In this document: piece after piece, positions 63,688 through 64,000 of the stretch
How the letters are laid out: each line of letters begins with the position of its first letter
How positions within the stretch are numbered: position 1 is the stretch's first letter
Virus record (IMG/VR): IMGVR_UViG_3300033121_000168
Span: 1-64,000 of that record
Reading direction: 5' to 3' (one strand)
DNA: 64,000 nt
DNA from: a virus
Lineage: Duplodnaviria > Heunggongvirae > Uroviricota > Caudoviricetes
Made by a program: the position numbers and the translations under genes
Notes under the pieces: model-generated
What the model saw: the letters and a program-made list of their open reading frames with translations, nothing else
What the model was told of the DNA's origin: nothing
Databases searched by the model: none

Positions 63688-63962
63688 TTCACATCCTTTT
63701 CAATAATTTCAATAGAGATAATCTTACCATCCAAATAACTTGTCTTTGCGACTTTTCCTGTAAAAGTAATTAGTACAGATTCCGAATGAGTTTCGACATC
63801 AGACAAGAAATAGGAACCAGTTTTACTTACAAACTCCATACCTTCTTTGTGAGAAAAGATTGGAAAGAAATAGCATTCTTCCTCTGGTTTGATTCGGTAC
63901 TCAGTTTCATTATCCCAAAAAGGGCAATTTGTACTAGGGATATCTTTCCATTTGTTTGTCAA
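63684..63962 (-). CDS. hypothetical protein (TTG start)
   Basis: 92 aa, overlapping start with the downstream gene. Confidence 0.4.
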   Translation of the reverse strand: MTNKWKDIPSTNCPFWDNETEYRIKPEEECYFFPIFSHKEGMEFVSKTGSYFLSDVETHSESVLITFTGKVAKTSYLDGKIISIEIIEKDVK

Positions 63963-64000
63963 ACAATCTTTAAATTGAATTTGCGAACCATTAGCCCAAG

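Noticed and set aside
1-64000. Integrase, excisionase, repressor or transposase genes (prophage or mobile-element boundaries)
   Set aside because: None recognisable in any frame; the organisation is that of a virulent phage segment, so no attachment sites or insertion-sequence boundaries were called

Overview
This window looks like about 64 kb of a virulent tailed dsDNA phage with a long non-contractile tail. Its make-up is mosaic: a lambda-like head module, a T7-like replisome, and a T5-like tRNA block with homing-endonuclease remnants. No integrase, transposase or CRISPR array was seen. Layout: (i) 1-5000, early small plus-strand ORFs, with two tRNAs at 176-341. (ii) 5000-10330, two large non-coding repeat-rich regions flanking a higher-GC accessory island (5837-8927) that encodes a RadC-like JAB protein and cysteine-rich ORFs. 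(iii) 10355-13235, PhoH, a ClpP-like peptidase and small genes, then a consensus sigma70 promoter. (iv) 13243-15122, a cluster of 18 tRNA/tRNA-like genes (20 in the window), several structurally aberrant, with an HNH fragment inside, closed by a strong terminator. (v) 15182-44507, the plus-strand morphogenesis and lysis block: terminase small subunit; terminase large subunit split by a group I intron, with a second related group I intron-like element placed exactly at its stop codon; portal; a 1018-aa spike-like protein; scaffold, decoration and major capsid protein (lambda gpE family); connectors; major tail protein; tail chaperones; a 1906-aa tape measure; tail tip and fiber; a frameshifted GIY-YIG homing endonuclease; holin-like protein; GH19 endolysin; a secreted beta-helix protein; and an SGNH-hydrolase spike. 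(vi) A bidirectional terminator at 44521-44580, then a minus-strand replication and nucleotide-metabolism block (44654-63962): NrdH-like redoxin, ribonucleotide reductase, ThyX, MazG-like proteins, HNH endonucleases, FEN/RNase H, SSB-like protein, family A DNA polymerase, T7 gp4-like primase-helicase and ATP-dependent ligase. All coordinates were counted by hand; tRNA and terminator ends may be off by 1-2 nt.
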